A stretch of DNA of 64,000 bases. Source: Rhizodiscina lignyota. Taxonomy: Eukaryota. Shown here piece by piece: positions 11,963 to 24,683 of this stretch. The notes under the pieces are model-generated. The model did no database searches, was not told the DNA's origin, and saw nothing but the letters and a program-made list of their open reading frames with translations. Where the stretch lies: NCBI GenBank assembly GCA_010015805.1, contig ML978126.1:1488001-1552000 (forward strand). The letters run 5' to 3'. Made by a program: the position numbers and the translations under genes. Positions within the stretch are counted from its first letter, which is position 1, and each line of letters opens with the position of its first letter.

Positions 11963-14740
11963 ATGGACTCGCAACAGGAGCACATGGACACGAGCGATCT
12001 TTATGCCTCGCTCCCACTGGGCACGTTTGAGATCCGAGTGTTACTGTTAGAGCCAGCTGCTTGTCCAACAGCTAGGATAGACTGCAAACTGGAATGCCGT
12101 TCGCTAGACCCTGTCCAGTCTCGTAACTTAGAATCCCTCTCATACACCTGGGGCAGTCGAGTCGGGACCGAAGAGATTTGGGTCAATGACCTTCGTCGTC
12201 TGGTCACTTCAAATCTTGCAGCATTTTTGCGCCATCGTCGAGACGCGACTGACACTGTCTCCCTGTGGATAGATGCAATCTGTATCAATCAAGCGGATCC
12301 CGAGGAAAAAGAACGACAGATACCTATGATGAACATGATCTATAGCACGTCACCTCAGCTCAACATTTGGCTAGGGCCTGAGCAAGACGATAGCGATATC
12401 GCAATGGATCAACTGTGGGCTCTCGGATCGTGCTCACCGTATGATAAAATGCCCATTCTCACCGGAAGGACTTTGAAAGCCCTCGAACAACTTTTGAATC
12501 GTCCATGGTGGTCAAGAGTGTGGATCTTACAAGAAGTACTATTCGGTGCTATGGGTGCCAAATTGAACAATGCTAGAGTGCGCTGTGGGAAAATGAATAT
12601 TCAATGGGTGCACGTGGTAATTGCGGCTGTACGTATGCAGTCTCACAGAGACGACATGAGACAGTACTTTCCCGCCATCGATAACATCCTATTTCTTGAG
12701 AACCTCCGTGACCAGGCCCTGAACCGGATCACTGCTGCTGCCGGGGCTGCCACCAAGGATGATGTACTGGAACTTGTTTCTCGCTTCCGAAGACTTCAAT
12801 CCACTGATCCTAGAGATAAGATATTCGCCTTGCTAGGGATGCTCTTCAAGGACAACCAGCGGCCATTCACGGACATAAGACCTAATTACACGGCCACTGT
12901 CGAAGAGGCATTTACATCCTTCGCCTTGTACATGCTGGATGGCGGTTCTAAACTAACCATTCTTCGTCACTGCCACGTTCACTTGATTGAAGGGCTCCCA
13001 TCATGGGTTCCAGATTGGTCTTTCTCCTCTTCTGCTTTGCCATTGCCGAGCAAACGCTCTGATTTCAGACCGAACATACCTTGGTGGATTGAGTCGTTCA
13101 AAGACCCTGATGACAAACGGAGTACGACGCAGCTGCGAGCTCCGGATCTCCTCAGGAATGAGCAAGAAAGAGACGGCGAAGAACGCCGTCGGCTTGCCGA
13201 CCTTAGGCTTGCGTCTGGTGGTATTCGTGTTGTGGGATCAGATGATAGGCTTCCAAAAACAATTGAAGGACTACCGCCGGAGTTGCAAAGCCTTGCAAGG
13301 CAGTTAATTGCTTCTGAATCACTTGTCGTGTTTGATGCAAGTCAAGAGTTGTATGGCGGGCGGGCAGAACAAGCCGGTTATAAAGATGTGCGCTCAGATG
13401 ACAGCCTTGCGAAAGCACTGGAAAATATAACCTCCAAGTCATCTACAGTATTTGATACGAGTAAGGACTTGCAAATGGAGCAGTCCCGACAAGATGGTGA
13501 TAAGGATACACTGAAGGATGTATCGCAAGAAGAAAGAGAGGCACAGATGGTTTCAGCTACCATAACAAAAGGAGAGCGAATAACCCAAAGGCGGACGAAT
13601 CTGTCTATATTGGATGCTTTGTCGCCAGCGCCCCATTTATTCACGGCAGCAGCCCAAACCGAGCCTCTGGTCCGAGTCGAGATTGATTCAAGAACGCTTT
13701 CAGCCGAGGGGTTTCTGTGGGATACTATTGACGAAATCCATGACCCCTTCCCAGACAACGTCGATGCTGATTGGCAAGATGCCACGCGATTTATGGTCTC
13801 CGTTGGAATATGCAAGGCAATCGCGCTGAAGAACTCGGCCGCAACCGATCTTTACTCCTCTGCCGAAGGCCAATGCGAAGCATTTTGGCTGACCATGTTT
13901 GCTGGGCAAACGGAGCTGCGAGGACATTTTGGGGAGATAGAGGACATGAGGCCTACCATGCGATTCGAGCACTGGCTGCCCGAACTGCCACAGCACTGGT
14001 TGCCCACAGAACCACGTGTGACCGTCGCTACGAATGGTCGATTACATGTTGCAGACTACATTCGGAGATGCAAAACTGCGATGACAGAATACCTCCAGTC
14101 AACGGTTGGGTCAAATGAACAGCTACTGTTCGATATGCCAGGGGTTGGGATGGATCAAAATCTGCTACCCAGCGAATGGAACAAGGAAGACATCGAGTTA
14201 CATAGGAGCCAATTTAATCACTTGGCATCGCTCTGGAGAAAACAGCCTTATGACCTCTATCACCTCCCATTCAGTTTACTGAACACCATACCCGATCCGT
14301 ATTGGGAGATCCGAGCGCACGACGACAGCTTGGCACTCCTCAAAAATAGAGAGTATGGAAAACGGACGGGATTCTTCCATGCTGTGAGCGATGCGCCTTT
14401 TAGCGGCCAGGATATTCAAGAAATAATGGATGAAGAAGCGAACAACTCGGTCGGCGCTGTTCCAAGTGGAACGCTCAGGCCGGGAATGGAGAAGTATGCA
14501 CTTGGGAGACGATTTTTCATTACGAAAAGAGGCTACTTTGGTTTGGCTCCGAAGGAAGCCAAGAGCGGAGATCGAATTACTGTTTTGCTCGGACTGGATG
14601 TGCCTCTCATCTGTAGGAATAACCGGGACTCCACCTACAAAATTGTTGGTAAATCATACGTCCATGGCCTCATGGATGGCGAGTTGATCAAGAAGTGGGA
14701 AAACGAGCAGACCGAAATTTGTACAGTGACTCTGAAATAG
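11963..14740 (+). CDS. Heterokaryon incompatibility HET-domain protein (HET-6-like)
   Basis: SLSYTWG, LWIDAICINQ, PWWSRVWILQE, TDPRDKIFALLG, LPSWVPDWS, C-terminal RRFFITKRGYFGLAP..YVHGLMDGE. Confidence 0.92.
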   Translation: MDSQQEHMDTSDLYASLPLGTFEIRVLLLEPAACPTARIDCKLECRSLDPVQSRNLESLSYTWGSRVGTEEIWVNDLRRLVTSNLAAFLRHRRDATDTVSLWIDAICINQADPEEKERQIPMMNMIYSTSPQLNIWLGPEQDDSDIAMDQLWALGSCSPYDKMPILTGRTLKALEQLLNRPWWSRVWILQEVLFGAMGAKLNNARVRCGKMNIQWVHVVIAAVRMQSHRDDMRQYFPAIDNILFLENLRDQALNRITAAAGAATKDDVLELVSRFRRLQSTDPRDKIFALLGMLFKDNQRPFTDIRPNYTATVEEAFTSFALYMLDGGSKLTILRHCHVHLIEGLPSWVPDWSFSSSALPLPSKRSDFRPNIPWWIESFKDPDDKRSTTQLRAPDLLRNEQERDGEERRRLADLRLASGGIRVVGSDDRLPKTIEGLPPELQSLARQLIASESLVVFDASQELYGGRAEQAGYKDVRSDDSLAKALENITSKSSTVFDTSKDLQMEQSRQDGDKDTLKDVSQEEREAQMVSATITKGERITQRRTNLSILDALSPAPHLFTAAAQTEPLVRVEIDSRTLSAEGFLWDTIDEIHDPFPDNVDADWQDATRFMVSVGICKAIALKNSAATDLYSSAEGQCEAFWLTMFAGQTELRGHFGEIEDMRPTMRFEHWLPELPQHWLPTEPRVTVATNGRLHVADYIRRCKTAMTEYLQSTVGSNEQLLFDMPGVGMDQNLLPSEWNKEDIELHRSQFNHLASLWRKQPYDLYHLPFSLLNTIPDPYWEIRAHDDSLALLKNREYGKRTGFFHAVSDAPFSGQDIQEIMDEEANNSVGAVPSGTLRPGMEKYALGRRFFITKRGYFGLAPKEAKSGDRITVLLGLDVPLICRNNRDSTYKIVGKSYVHGLMDGELIKKWENEQTEICTVTLK

Positions 14741-15411
14741 AGTCACTAAGAAATGATAGATCCTGTACAAAGCTTGCGTTTTCCAAAACCGGTGTGCTGC
14801 CTGGTTTCAAAATGGATGGTGAGATTTGTCCACCACTTGAGATTTATCATTTGTCTACCGCTAAGGTAATAATCACCCGATTTGACCTATGGCTAATGCG
14901 CATTTTTCATACACACACAATTTCCTGTACTAGCTACGCGCCACAAACGACCAGCCTTTAAAGATGAAATTATGACTCTTTAGTATGTTGTTTATTTGAG
15001 ATGATCCTCCATTTACAGACTAAACCCCGGTGGCTGAAAGCGTGGATAAACGACACTATATCCACTTTTGCAGATTATATATCGATCGCTGAGCACGGCG
15101 TTGATTATTCTTAGAGCGCATTGCAGGGGACAATACGCTGCACGTATACTTGTTCGTCATTCACGCACAGGCATAGTCGAGACAACGAGTGGAGTCAAGC
15201 AGGCAAATCGTATCTCAATTGCCACTATTCTTCGGCTTTCAGATCAAGCCGGACCTGTCCGTGATATCAAACCAGAAGCCTACTCCAGTAACGCCCTTGT
15301 ATCCAGCCAGTTTCACTTGCTTGGCTGTCACAGCCCCTTTCCCCAGAAGTACCCACGATCCGAAAACTCACAACGCCATGTCTGCAACTGAGTGCATAGT
15401 CTTTTCACTCC

Positions 15412-16550
15412 TCAATAGTTATCTCCAACGGCATCCTCAACACCAAAGCCAGGCTTCTGGACTGCTGACATGTAGATTGGCACTTCAACGACGCGGTCGA
15501 TGTCGTGGTATGCGCGGAATGGGCGCGAACTGCGATGTGGACGCACTGGCACTGGGGCCACTAGAGGGAAGGGGGCAGGTGGAGCGTACGTGATGCCGAG
15601 GCCGGCAGAGGCGGGCATGTCGTCAGCAGCGATGGCGCCTGGCATGGGAGTGGCGGTATCCTCGCGTGAGGGAGTTGGGAGCTGAAGAATTGTGTTAGTG
15701 TCAAGAGAGATAATAGTAATGAACCACTTACAGGTGTTGGAGAACGGTCCTCGTCCTCATCCTCATCGTCAATGAGCAGACCCTTCTCACGTCCAACAGC
15801 AGCGATGGTGCTCTCGAAGCTGTAGTGAATGTACTCCTCTTTCTCGATCTTGCCTTCCGCAGCACCTTCACCAGACGCGTCAGTCTTCTCATCCATAAGC
15901 TTGATACCTCCAATCTCGTTCTTCTCGTTGCTGTTGCTGGGCGAATGAATGGGACTCAACTTCTCTGGAATGAGACTCGGCGTGCTGATATCAGTGCCAT
16001 CACCGAGCTCAGTCAGGTCCGTCGCTAACACCGTGTCCCTGATCGTATTCCTGATCGAAGGGACCAGCTTCTCGATCAAGTCCAGCGCAAGGTCGAGCTT
16101 CGCCTTGATGAGCCTGTTTGTCTTGCGTTCGGCTTCGACAAGCGCGCGTTCAGTTGCAAGGTGCTTGCGTGCGGTCAGCAGCTTCTCCTCGAGCCTGTCG
16201 CGCTGCTTCTCAAGTTCACTGTTGTGTGCAGTAAGATCTTCATTCGTGTCAGATAAGTGGAAGGGTTCGACGTTCATATTACGAGCGCGTATAGTCTCGT
16301 AGTCGCTCTTCTTGGCTACGTAGGTCGTCATGAGTGAATTATTGCGAGCCAGTTGTCGCTCCAGCTCACCATTAAGGCGCTTGATCTCCTTTCTCATGCC
16401 GTCCATCTCGCCCTCGTAACGTCCGCAGCGCTCCCAGAGGAGGTTCTCCATGCTGCGTGGCTCGAGGCGCAGCATCTCGGTGAGGGTGAGGCCACCGGTA
16501 TGCGCGACGTTGATTCTGAGGGTCTCGTTGTCGATGTGTTTTTCCGGCAT
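15412..16550 (-). CDS. Hypothetical coiled-coil protein
   Basis: ORF from ATG 16550 (MPEKHID...), charged heptad region; intron ~15682-15731 (GTAAGT..CTAAC..CAG) joins last exon ending GDNY*. Confidence 0.6.
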
Positions 16551-17413
16551 GTTGGTTGTTTTGAAATAGATCGCGGTTTGAAGTTGGAGCGAGAAAATGG
16601 AAGAGAAGTGCTTGTAGAAGCGTAGTGAAGTGGAGTGGCGATTGTTGTTGTTGTTGTTTTGCGGAGGCGAGATCGGAGAGGTGGAACTTATAACACGGAG
16701 AGCTGTGAATAGAGCTGTGGTAGAAATGAAGAAGCGCAATCTTGTTCCAGTGCTGCTGCGACTAGCTCAAGTTCTTTCTTCATCGAAAGGCTCTCGAGTG
16801 CGGAAGATCGATGTGATTATTGCTGGAGTCCGCGCATGGGGGTCACGACTTAACACAACTCCAATTCTCAGGACAAACTTGCCCATGACTGAAGGGTAGG
16901 AGAGTAACAGCAGAAACTAAGTCATGCACTGGTAGAACTGAAATGGACGCTGAAAGCCATGTAGTTTAGTCGCCACTTGGATTGGCTTCTACCATTGAAT
17001 CGATTTTGAGACCACATAGGTTGAATATACGGTTGACTATTGCGGAAGCCCGCTCGTGGAGGTCACTACTTACGCGAACTCCAAACTTGGATCCGTATTG
17101 TGACACGGTGGGTCCCATATCCTCATCCGATCCGTCTTGTGGCACTTGCTCTTCCTCCGTTATCGCGAAATGAAGACTTACACTGTGCGCGCTTAATTTG
17201 GATTTTGGACAGCGCAGAGGGAACACCTTGCTGACATAGTTGTCGGCCAGTTTCGAGACAATTGCAGCTGAGAAGCGCCAATCGCTTGAGCCGAGATGAC
17301 AACGGAGAAGTTGGCAAGTTTATTACGATATATGAATAGGCCTTGAGAGCATGACCGACCGTGAGCTGGTGGGCTGCAGCGTGGTACAGATGTCCAGGAT
17401 CCTAGAGCCTTTC

Positions 17414-17720
17414 CTACCTGTCGTCTCTCTGCCCTAAGAGGTATGAACAGATAACGCTCTTATGACCACCCTTGTGATTGTGGCCTCTGGGGCATCCAGG
17501 ATGTGATCCAAGGAATGCAAACTCCTTGCCGTAGCATTTATGCAAGTGTTTAGTCAGGTGGTCCTTCGTATAGTAGCCCTTTGGACGTCCAGGCAGTGGG
17601 CGAGAGAATGTTCGGACAAACCCAGTGTCGTGTAAGTGTCTTTTCAGGTCATTTTCGCATTGTAACCCGTGCCGCGACGCTGTACGAATCGTCTGCTGCT
17701 GCAGGTTCCTGGAAAATTTG
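17414..17720 (-). pseudogene. Degenerate C2H2 zinc-finger gene fragment
   Basis: NDLKRH..RTFSRPLPGRPKGYYTKDHLTKHLHKC resembles F-x-CPxxxC-x-K-x-Y-x-R-x-D-x-L-x-x-H with both Cys replaced by Arg; no clean start. Confidence 0.5.
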
Positions 17721-17910
17721 TTCTTTTGGACTGAAAGTCGACAATAAGCTCCGAAGAAGTCGCCGCTACTAAGCGAGAGTCTGCTCGATAGCGTTGTGAC
17801 TTGAGAATATCTGAGCTCTGCGCTTCGCATACATGAGAATTGCGAAGGAACACGGTGATATTCGCCACCGCTAATGTTCGCGTCTGGCGTTGAGAAACTC
17901 TGGCCGCTGT

Positions 17911-18440
17911 AATCGTCGAGCAACGATTGGATTATTACTGGAGTCGCTTTAATGAGCTAAGCACTTCGCAGCACTTTGAGCTGTTGTCTTTATAAGGGTA
18001 ATTGAGTAAGTGGCGCGACGAGATGCGTTTTCACGACGAATGTAAACCTCGCAATAAGAAAGCTCAGGTTCCATGGTCGTCAACCTTCGATTAGATTATC
18101 ACCGGAGTCTACTTGACGAGTTAGATACCCAGCGAAATCTCGCGCGTTTCTATCTGTAAGATTAACTGTGCGAAAGACAGGACGAAACGCGTCGTCTCTA
18201 CGAAGTCAAATCTCACGCGGAAAAAGGCCTAAGGTCCCGTGATCGTCGAGCTTCGATTGGATTATCTCCAGAATCTATCTGATGAGTTAAACCCTTAGCG
18301 AAATCTTACGCGTTTCTACCTGTGAGACTAACCGTGTCAAAAACGCGACGCGACGCGTCATCTCTACCAAGTCAAATATCACGTGGCCAGAAACGCGAGG
18401 TCCCGTGATCGTCAAGCATTGATTGTATTATCGTCGGATG
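17911..18440. repeat. Degenerate tandem repeat, ~165-bp unit, three copies plus start of a fourth
   Basis: Anchor TCGTC(G/A)A..GATT(G/A)..TTAT at 17913, 18077, 18243, 18409; copies 2 and 3 align along their whole length. Confidence 0.85.
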
Positions 18441-18866
18441 CCCTTTGAGGAGTTTGTTCGCATCGCAAGCACATACACATAGACAAACCAGTTAGCCTGA
18501 TCTAAACAAGATGGATGTAGAGCAACTCACCGATGTTCTTTTACCCTGGCCGCCCACTACAAAATCCATAGCAACAACACGATCACGACATTCACTTAAG
18601 CAAGAAGGCACACTGAGGGTCATGTATGGTACATACATCAATTCCGAGAGAAAAAAGGCGGCCTCGCCGCCGCCCGTGGCCGCGCACTGCCGCGCGGCCG
18701 TAGCTATCCAAAAAAACAAAAAAACAAAAGAAAACCGCGCCAGCAAATGCTAAGTATACATTGGCGCCTCCCATGCCGGTCTACGGGTGAGGGCGGCACC
18801 GCTCCTCACCCGCAGACAACTAAAATACACAAAAACAAAAAAACAAAAAGGGAAGAGGACGCGGCC

Positions 18867-21800
18867 TCAAGCATCCAAGATGCGCGCAAAGTGCTTCTCC
18901 CAAATCCACCCAATCGTCCCGTTCTTGTCGTCCTGGTTGCGCGCCAACCAGAGTTCCCCCTTGATGCCGAGGACGTCGAACACCTGGAACACCTGGAGTG
19001 TAAGTTATCTAGCCAAATACGGTAAGAGCAATTGGGGACTTACTTCACCCGGCGCGTACCGGAGGTACGGATACCCGCCCTCCGTGCGGCTCGGGTCGAT
19101 CCTGAACTCGAACAGGCTCGCCGCCAGGAACAAGACGCCCGCGTCGGGGTCGTCATCTTCGCCCGGGGAGGGGGGCACGTTCTCGCTCGGGTCTGGTACC
19201 GCGCTGCTGAACACCCGGCTGCGGGTACGCTGGCGGCGCTCGGAGCTGCTCGCGCCGGCGTAGAACTCGCGCGCCTCGCGGGTTTGCGCATCCTGGTACA
19301 GCATCTCCTCTTGGCGTTGGCGGCGGCGCCGCTCGGCTTCTGCCTCGGCCTGGAAGTTAGGAGAGACGTGCGTCGGGGAGGGGATCGCGCCGTAGGCGTT
19401 AGGGGTTGGTTCGGGAGACAGGTAGTTCGACGACGAGCTCGGGCGGCGGGCATAGTAGTCCTCGGTGGACTGGCGGGGGACGTTTGGTGAGAGGTCGTTG
19501 TGGTGCTGCGCGGCAGCCGTGGCGGGGCGGGAGGGATAGGCGCTCTGTGGCGGGGTGTAGGTGGGCCTGTGAGGCGTGGCGGGGCTGCGGCTGGTGGCAG
19601 AAGTAGCACGCGTACGGCCAGCCTGGTACTGTTCGGTAGGGGTGGGGAAGGCGCTGCTCAAGGGTGAGACCTGCAGTGCGCTGGCACTGAGGCGATGGGT
19701 GCTGCTGTCCGAGGCGTACATGATGGTCTGGTCGCTCCTAGAGGTATGTGTCGATGGCCGCTTGGTGGATCCGCTGTCCACAGAGAAGGTGGTGGTCGGT
19801 GACAAGGTGAACTGACGGCGGAAGAAGCCATTGCAGATCTTGAAAGAGTCCGCATCCGCTTGTACCTCTTCCGAGTTGGCACGGTAATCCAACTGCACGC
19901 GGTTGAGATCGATGTTCATGGCATCGAAGCCGCTGTCCGCCAGAACGACCTTCATGTTCTTGATCCACATCTGCTGCCACTTAACCTGCATGCCGACAAA
20001 GCGGGCAAGGCACGCCTCGATGAGATGCTTGGTGAGGGTGTAGAGCTTTGGCAGCTCTTCCTTGAGCGTGTCGTTGACGGCAATGAACTCATCGGCCTGT
20101 TGCTCCATGCGCTTGTCCGGCTTGACGCCTTTGTCCAGCATGTCCTTGTACTTGGCGTACTCCGGCACACGCTTCTTGCGCTTCTGCATCATCTTCTGAG
20201 GACCATCGTGCTGCTTCCATAGCGTGACAATCGGCTCGATGACGATGGCGCGAACCTCCTTGCGATGCATGTCAAGCAGGCCTCCTTGGATGGACTTGAT
20301 AGTCTGTCCGAATCTGATGAGCCGCGCGTCCATCTCCGGGTTGTCGCCATATGAGTTGCCCAAGTATTCGATCAGACCTTCAGCGAAGCGGCCATACCAG
20401 GTGACATAGTCTGTGACGTCATCCAGATACTTCTCGATATCCCTCATGACAATCTGGAGCTGGAAGAAGTGACCGCCAAACTTCTGCGCGATTTTCTCGT
20501 ACTCTTTGTCTTCTGCATGATTGATCATGCCGACGTACTGCTGGACTTTGCTTGTCTTGCCCTTCATGAGTTTGCCGAACGGTCGGCTCTTGCCGTCCTT
20601 TGTCGGCGCAGTCTGGCCGGACATGACTTGCTGAACGAGATCGTCGCGCTTCTGTCTTGCGTTGATGGTTGAGGTCGCGTGCATGACTGCGTCTGATGCA
20701 CTGTCAAGGTTCTGTCGGTCGGGGTGATCTTGCGGTGTCTGCTCAACCAGACCCTTTAGCAAGAGTGGATAACGAGTGATGCGCTGGAAAGGCTTGAGGA
20801 GGAAAGAATCTAGAGTGGGGTGTGCTGTGAGATCTTTTGCGGATTCACCACATTCGTTGAGCCACAGCTTCACAGAGTCAACTTGCTGCAGCTCTGCCAA
20901 GCGATTGTTTGCACGCGTCCTGTTTCGGAGGTAGTCGCCGTACGTGCGCTCCAAGTCTGGAAGATGGTCACAGAACACCCTGCCGATACGAGTGTCGCGG
21001 TCTTTCGCGTCACGGTCAGCTTCGGAGAGATCTTCAGTGGATCTGTCCAGCGTGTCGTTAGCACCGCTGTTGGATGTTGAGAAGCTACCGCGCTTGAAGT
21101 TCCACCTGAACGACTTCGGGAGTGTGTACACTGGAGCGGCGGCCTTCTTGAGCGCGTCCAAGAACCTTGTTGACAAACTTCTAACAGTTTCGAGATTGCC
21201 AAAGAGGATCTTCAGATCTTCCTTGCTGAGGATGGGTGCTGCTGTGGCCTTGTAGATGTCCTCCAAAATGACCATGTCCTGGTTGTACGAGTACTCTGTG
21301 TCGACAAGCTCCTTGATGAGGTGCCTGCGCTTCTGAAGCCTCTTCAGCTCCGCCGTGCTTGAGTCGATCGTCACCGTTGCGCTGCTGCTCGCCGTCATGG
21401 TGGGCTCGAGAGATGGTCTGCCAGAAGATGCTGCGTCTCCAGTGGTGTGGGCAGAGTAGCTTCTGTGATGGTTGCCTGAGTATTGGCTGCCCACATCGGC
21501 AGAAAGACGGGCCGTGTTGGAAGATTCCGCGCCGGTGCTGGTGCGGTCAGGAACTTGCCGCTTGCCGCGCGCAATAGCTGCACTGCTCTCACCCAGAGGG
21601 TTCGAGTATGCGCCCACAGGACTTGGCCGTGGTCGGTTTTGAGAGGTCGGCGAGATGGGTAGAGGCGGCGGAGAAGTCATTGGAAGAGGTGGGGGAGACA
21701 TGATCGAGGTAGGCGCAGAGGGAAGAGGAGGCGGCGGAGGCGGCGCATGCGGAGGTAGTGCAGGCACTGAGCGCGAAATTGGTGAAGTCAGTTGTTCCGG

Positions 21801-24683
21801 GCTTGTGGGACTTGGAAGTCCCAAACCAAGACCTTGGCCGGCACTTTGAATTGGAGGGAGTTGAGGAGATGTGAACTCCAGTCCAAGTCCGTTGAAAGAG
21901 CCTGGGCCAGTGTCCTTTGGTGGAAGCGGCGGCCTGTGCGTTACGATGCCGTTCTCATCGACAGTCTGCCAATACTCGTGCTGCATCTCGCTCGGCGCCG
22001 ACGTCGCGCTGTTCTGTCGATAGAAATCCTGCGCGCTCGGAGAATCGACATAATCCTTTGGAGGAATCTCTGGACCCAGGTGCACAGTCGCATATCCAGG
22101 TTGCCAGTCGTCGCCTTCCGGAGTGCCTTCGTAAGGATACGACATCTGCGACGTCGCGGGCGTTGGCTGCGCTTCCCGATCTGGCGACGCAAAGTCAGGA
22201 CGTGCCACTGCTGAAGGGCCTTCGATAGGCGTCTGGATCGCAGAATCGGTGTCCATGACGAGAAGACTTTTCAAGAAATCCCGCGCTGTCGCCGTGTTTG
22301 CCCAGTCCTCCTCACGCGCCAAATTCGGAGAAATTGCCGCCACTTGACCCTGAAACTCGCGATGAAGTGGACCAAGGACCAATTGGGAGTTATAATACAT
22401 GAAAATCTGGTTGATTTCGTCGCGCTGTTCACTCGTCAAAGTGAATTGTTGTGACGCGGCACCCGGTGTTGTCTGGCCGACAGTTGGTGTCGCCTTGGAA
22501 GGTCCAGGTCCTGGAGTTGTTTGCGCGCTCTTTGGTCCTAAAATCATGCTGACAGAGTCATCAGGATTGAATGAGCCGGGAGTGTGTCCAAGAGTGTCGT
22601 TGAATTCTTCAGGCTTTGGTGTTGTGAATTCGACACTCTGAGCGATTGGTCCGTGCCCCCATGGCTCCTCAGCGCTCTCGAGTATTGGAGTCGCACCCCA
22701 CGCGACCTGGATCGTTCCTGTGTCGTCCCCGGAGAGTAGCGAACTGATTGTGCCATTGTTCGACAGAGTACTTCCGCGCATTCGCAAGACATGTTGAAGA
22801 AGATTCTCTTGGGACCTGGAAGCAGTAGCCTCCGCACCAGAAGCTGCATCTTGCTCTGCTTCCTGGAGCTTACTGAGATCTGGGGAAGCTTCAATTGGGG
22901 ACAGAGGTCTTGGCTGGTGCTGTTCTGGCTGCGATTGCTCGGTCCGGTCATGACGCTGTCCAGCATCAACGGGTTGGTAAACTGTGCGTCCAAGAATTGG
23001 TGAATCGTCATCGATTTCGGTCAGGCCGCTCTCAAGCTCGTTCGATGCAGGATCTGCAGTAGTGTCGACAACAAGGTCCGGCCGCGACATCAACTCTTCC
23101 TCGTACTCGCCTTCTTGGTCGAAATGTGCTTCTCTAGACGTGGTTCGAGATATCTCAGGGCTTGAATCTGTTGCTGCGTAATTTACTTTCCTATTTCTCG
23201 ATTTCGACTTTTGCCGAGCCTCTTCAGCAGCACGCAACATACCTTTCGTCCTTGGCCGTCTTTCTTTTGAAGATGGTGGAGCGGGGGATGTGCTCCGAGA
23301 GCCCTTGGCCGGGGTCATCTTGTCACTCTGCTTCGCTCGAGATGCTGCTGTCGATGCAGCCGATACAGGTATCCTTGGTCTTGAGCTTCGAAGCGATGGA
23401 GGTGGAATGGACTTGTCAGGAAGTTCCCTGATGAACGCATTCACAGAGTGGTTGCTGGTCGGTGTTTTACTTGGGCTTCGAACATATCGCTTCTGAGCCA
23501 GAGTGCCAGGAGGAGTTGCGGGTCGTGCAGTTGAAAGGTGGTCCCTGTTCGAAGCGGATGGTAGATGCTCAGTACTTGCACTGTACCGTCGCATCTGCGC
23601 AGGTGTCCTTGAAGTTGGTGGTCGAGAGCCTTGACCAAAGGTGGTGGCAGGAAGTTGGAACTGAGATGACCTGTCGTTGACCACCACATCTTCACTTTGC
23701 TCCAGAATTGGGGATGCCGCACTCTCGCTCTGAGACCGGTTGTGATGAGGAGATCCCAGTGCGCTGGCAGATCTTGAACTGAGTGCTGAACTTGGAGTAT
23801 CAAGTCGAGAATGACTTCGACTACTCTGAGGAGATGCTATGGGTGATTGGATGTTGCCCTCTGAAGCACTTCTCTTTGCGTGGTTTGTTGGTATACCCGT
23901 TGGTATACCATGGCCCAGACCTCCATTTGCATTGACTTCTATGACCTCCCCAAACAGCATTTTTTGATCATTGTTCGAACGTCGTGTGTTTGTCTTAATC
24001 GGTTCTGGAGGGGGTTTGTGAATTCGATTTCGAGGACCTTGTGCACTCGGAGGACGTTTTTGAAGGGTGGCAGGTTTCGAGGCATCTTTTGGCTTCTCAG
24101 TGATTCCAGGTCTGGAAGAGGCTCCACTTGAAGCAGATGGCACTCTTGAGTTGCCATATCGCGGTACTGAGGTTGAGGATGTCGATGCATTTGCTTGCTC
24201 GATTTGCCGTACGCGATCTCGAATCGAGCCTGATGCCACTCGAGGGGCGTTTGAAGTGGCAGAGCGTGGTTTACCACCACTGTTTGCAGATGTCGGATTG
24301 AAGGAAGTGGGACTGGAGGTAGATCGAAGATTGGCGCGTGAAGGGTTGGTGTGGGCGCTTGTCGAGCTCTTCGGAAGAGTGCCGTTGGCAGTACGAGGGA
24401 TTCGGCTCTGAGTGGAGGTCATGGTGGTGTCGTAAGGATCTCGAAGGGGGTCGACGTCGTACGGATGGCCCGATGAAGGAGAGGTGACGGAATCGTAGGC
24501 GCGGTAGAAGGCATCAGGATCGGTTGGGGAGTCTGCGGACAGAACTGATTGTGACGGCGGACTCAGGCTGCCAGTGGTGCCGGCTGGAGAGACGGGGAAA
24601 GCTCCAGGTGTTGCGGAGAGGTCGACATGAGGAGATCTGGCGAGCCGAGTTGCACCGTCATTGCGTTGGTCTTCGGACTGCAT
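18867..24683 (-). CDS. Rho guanine nucleotide exchange factor, DH + BAR + C-terminal SH3 (dynamin-binding protein / Gef1-like)
   Basis: KELVDTEYSY and LLKPFQRITRYPLLL (DH); BAR-like helical region (KRKKRVPEY..NDTLKEELPKL); SH3 LFLAASLFEF..GELWLARNQDD..GWIWEKHF after intron ending 19043. Confidence 0.9.

Noticed and set aside
17911..18440. CRISPR-like repeat-spacer array
   Set aside because: Whole units are homologous rather than constant repeats with unique spacers; eukaryotic context and no cas genes
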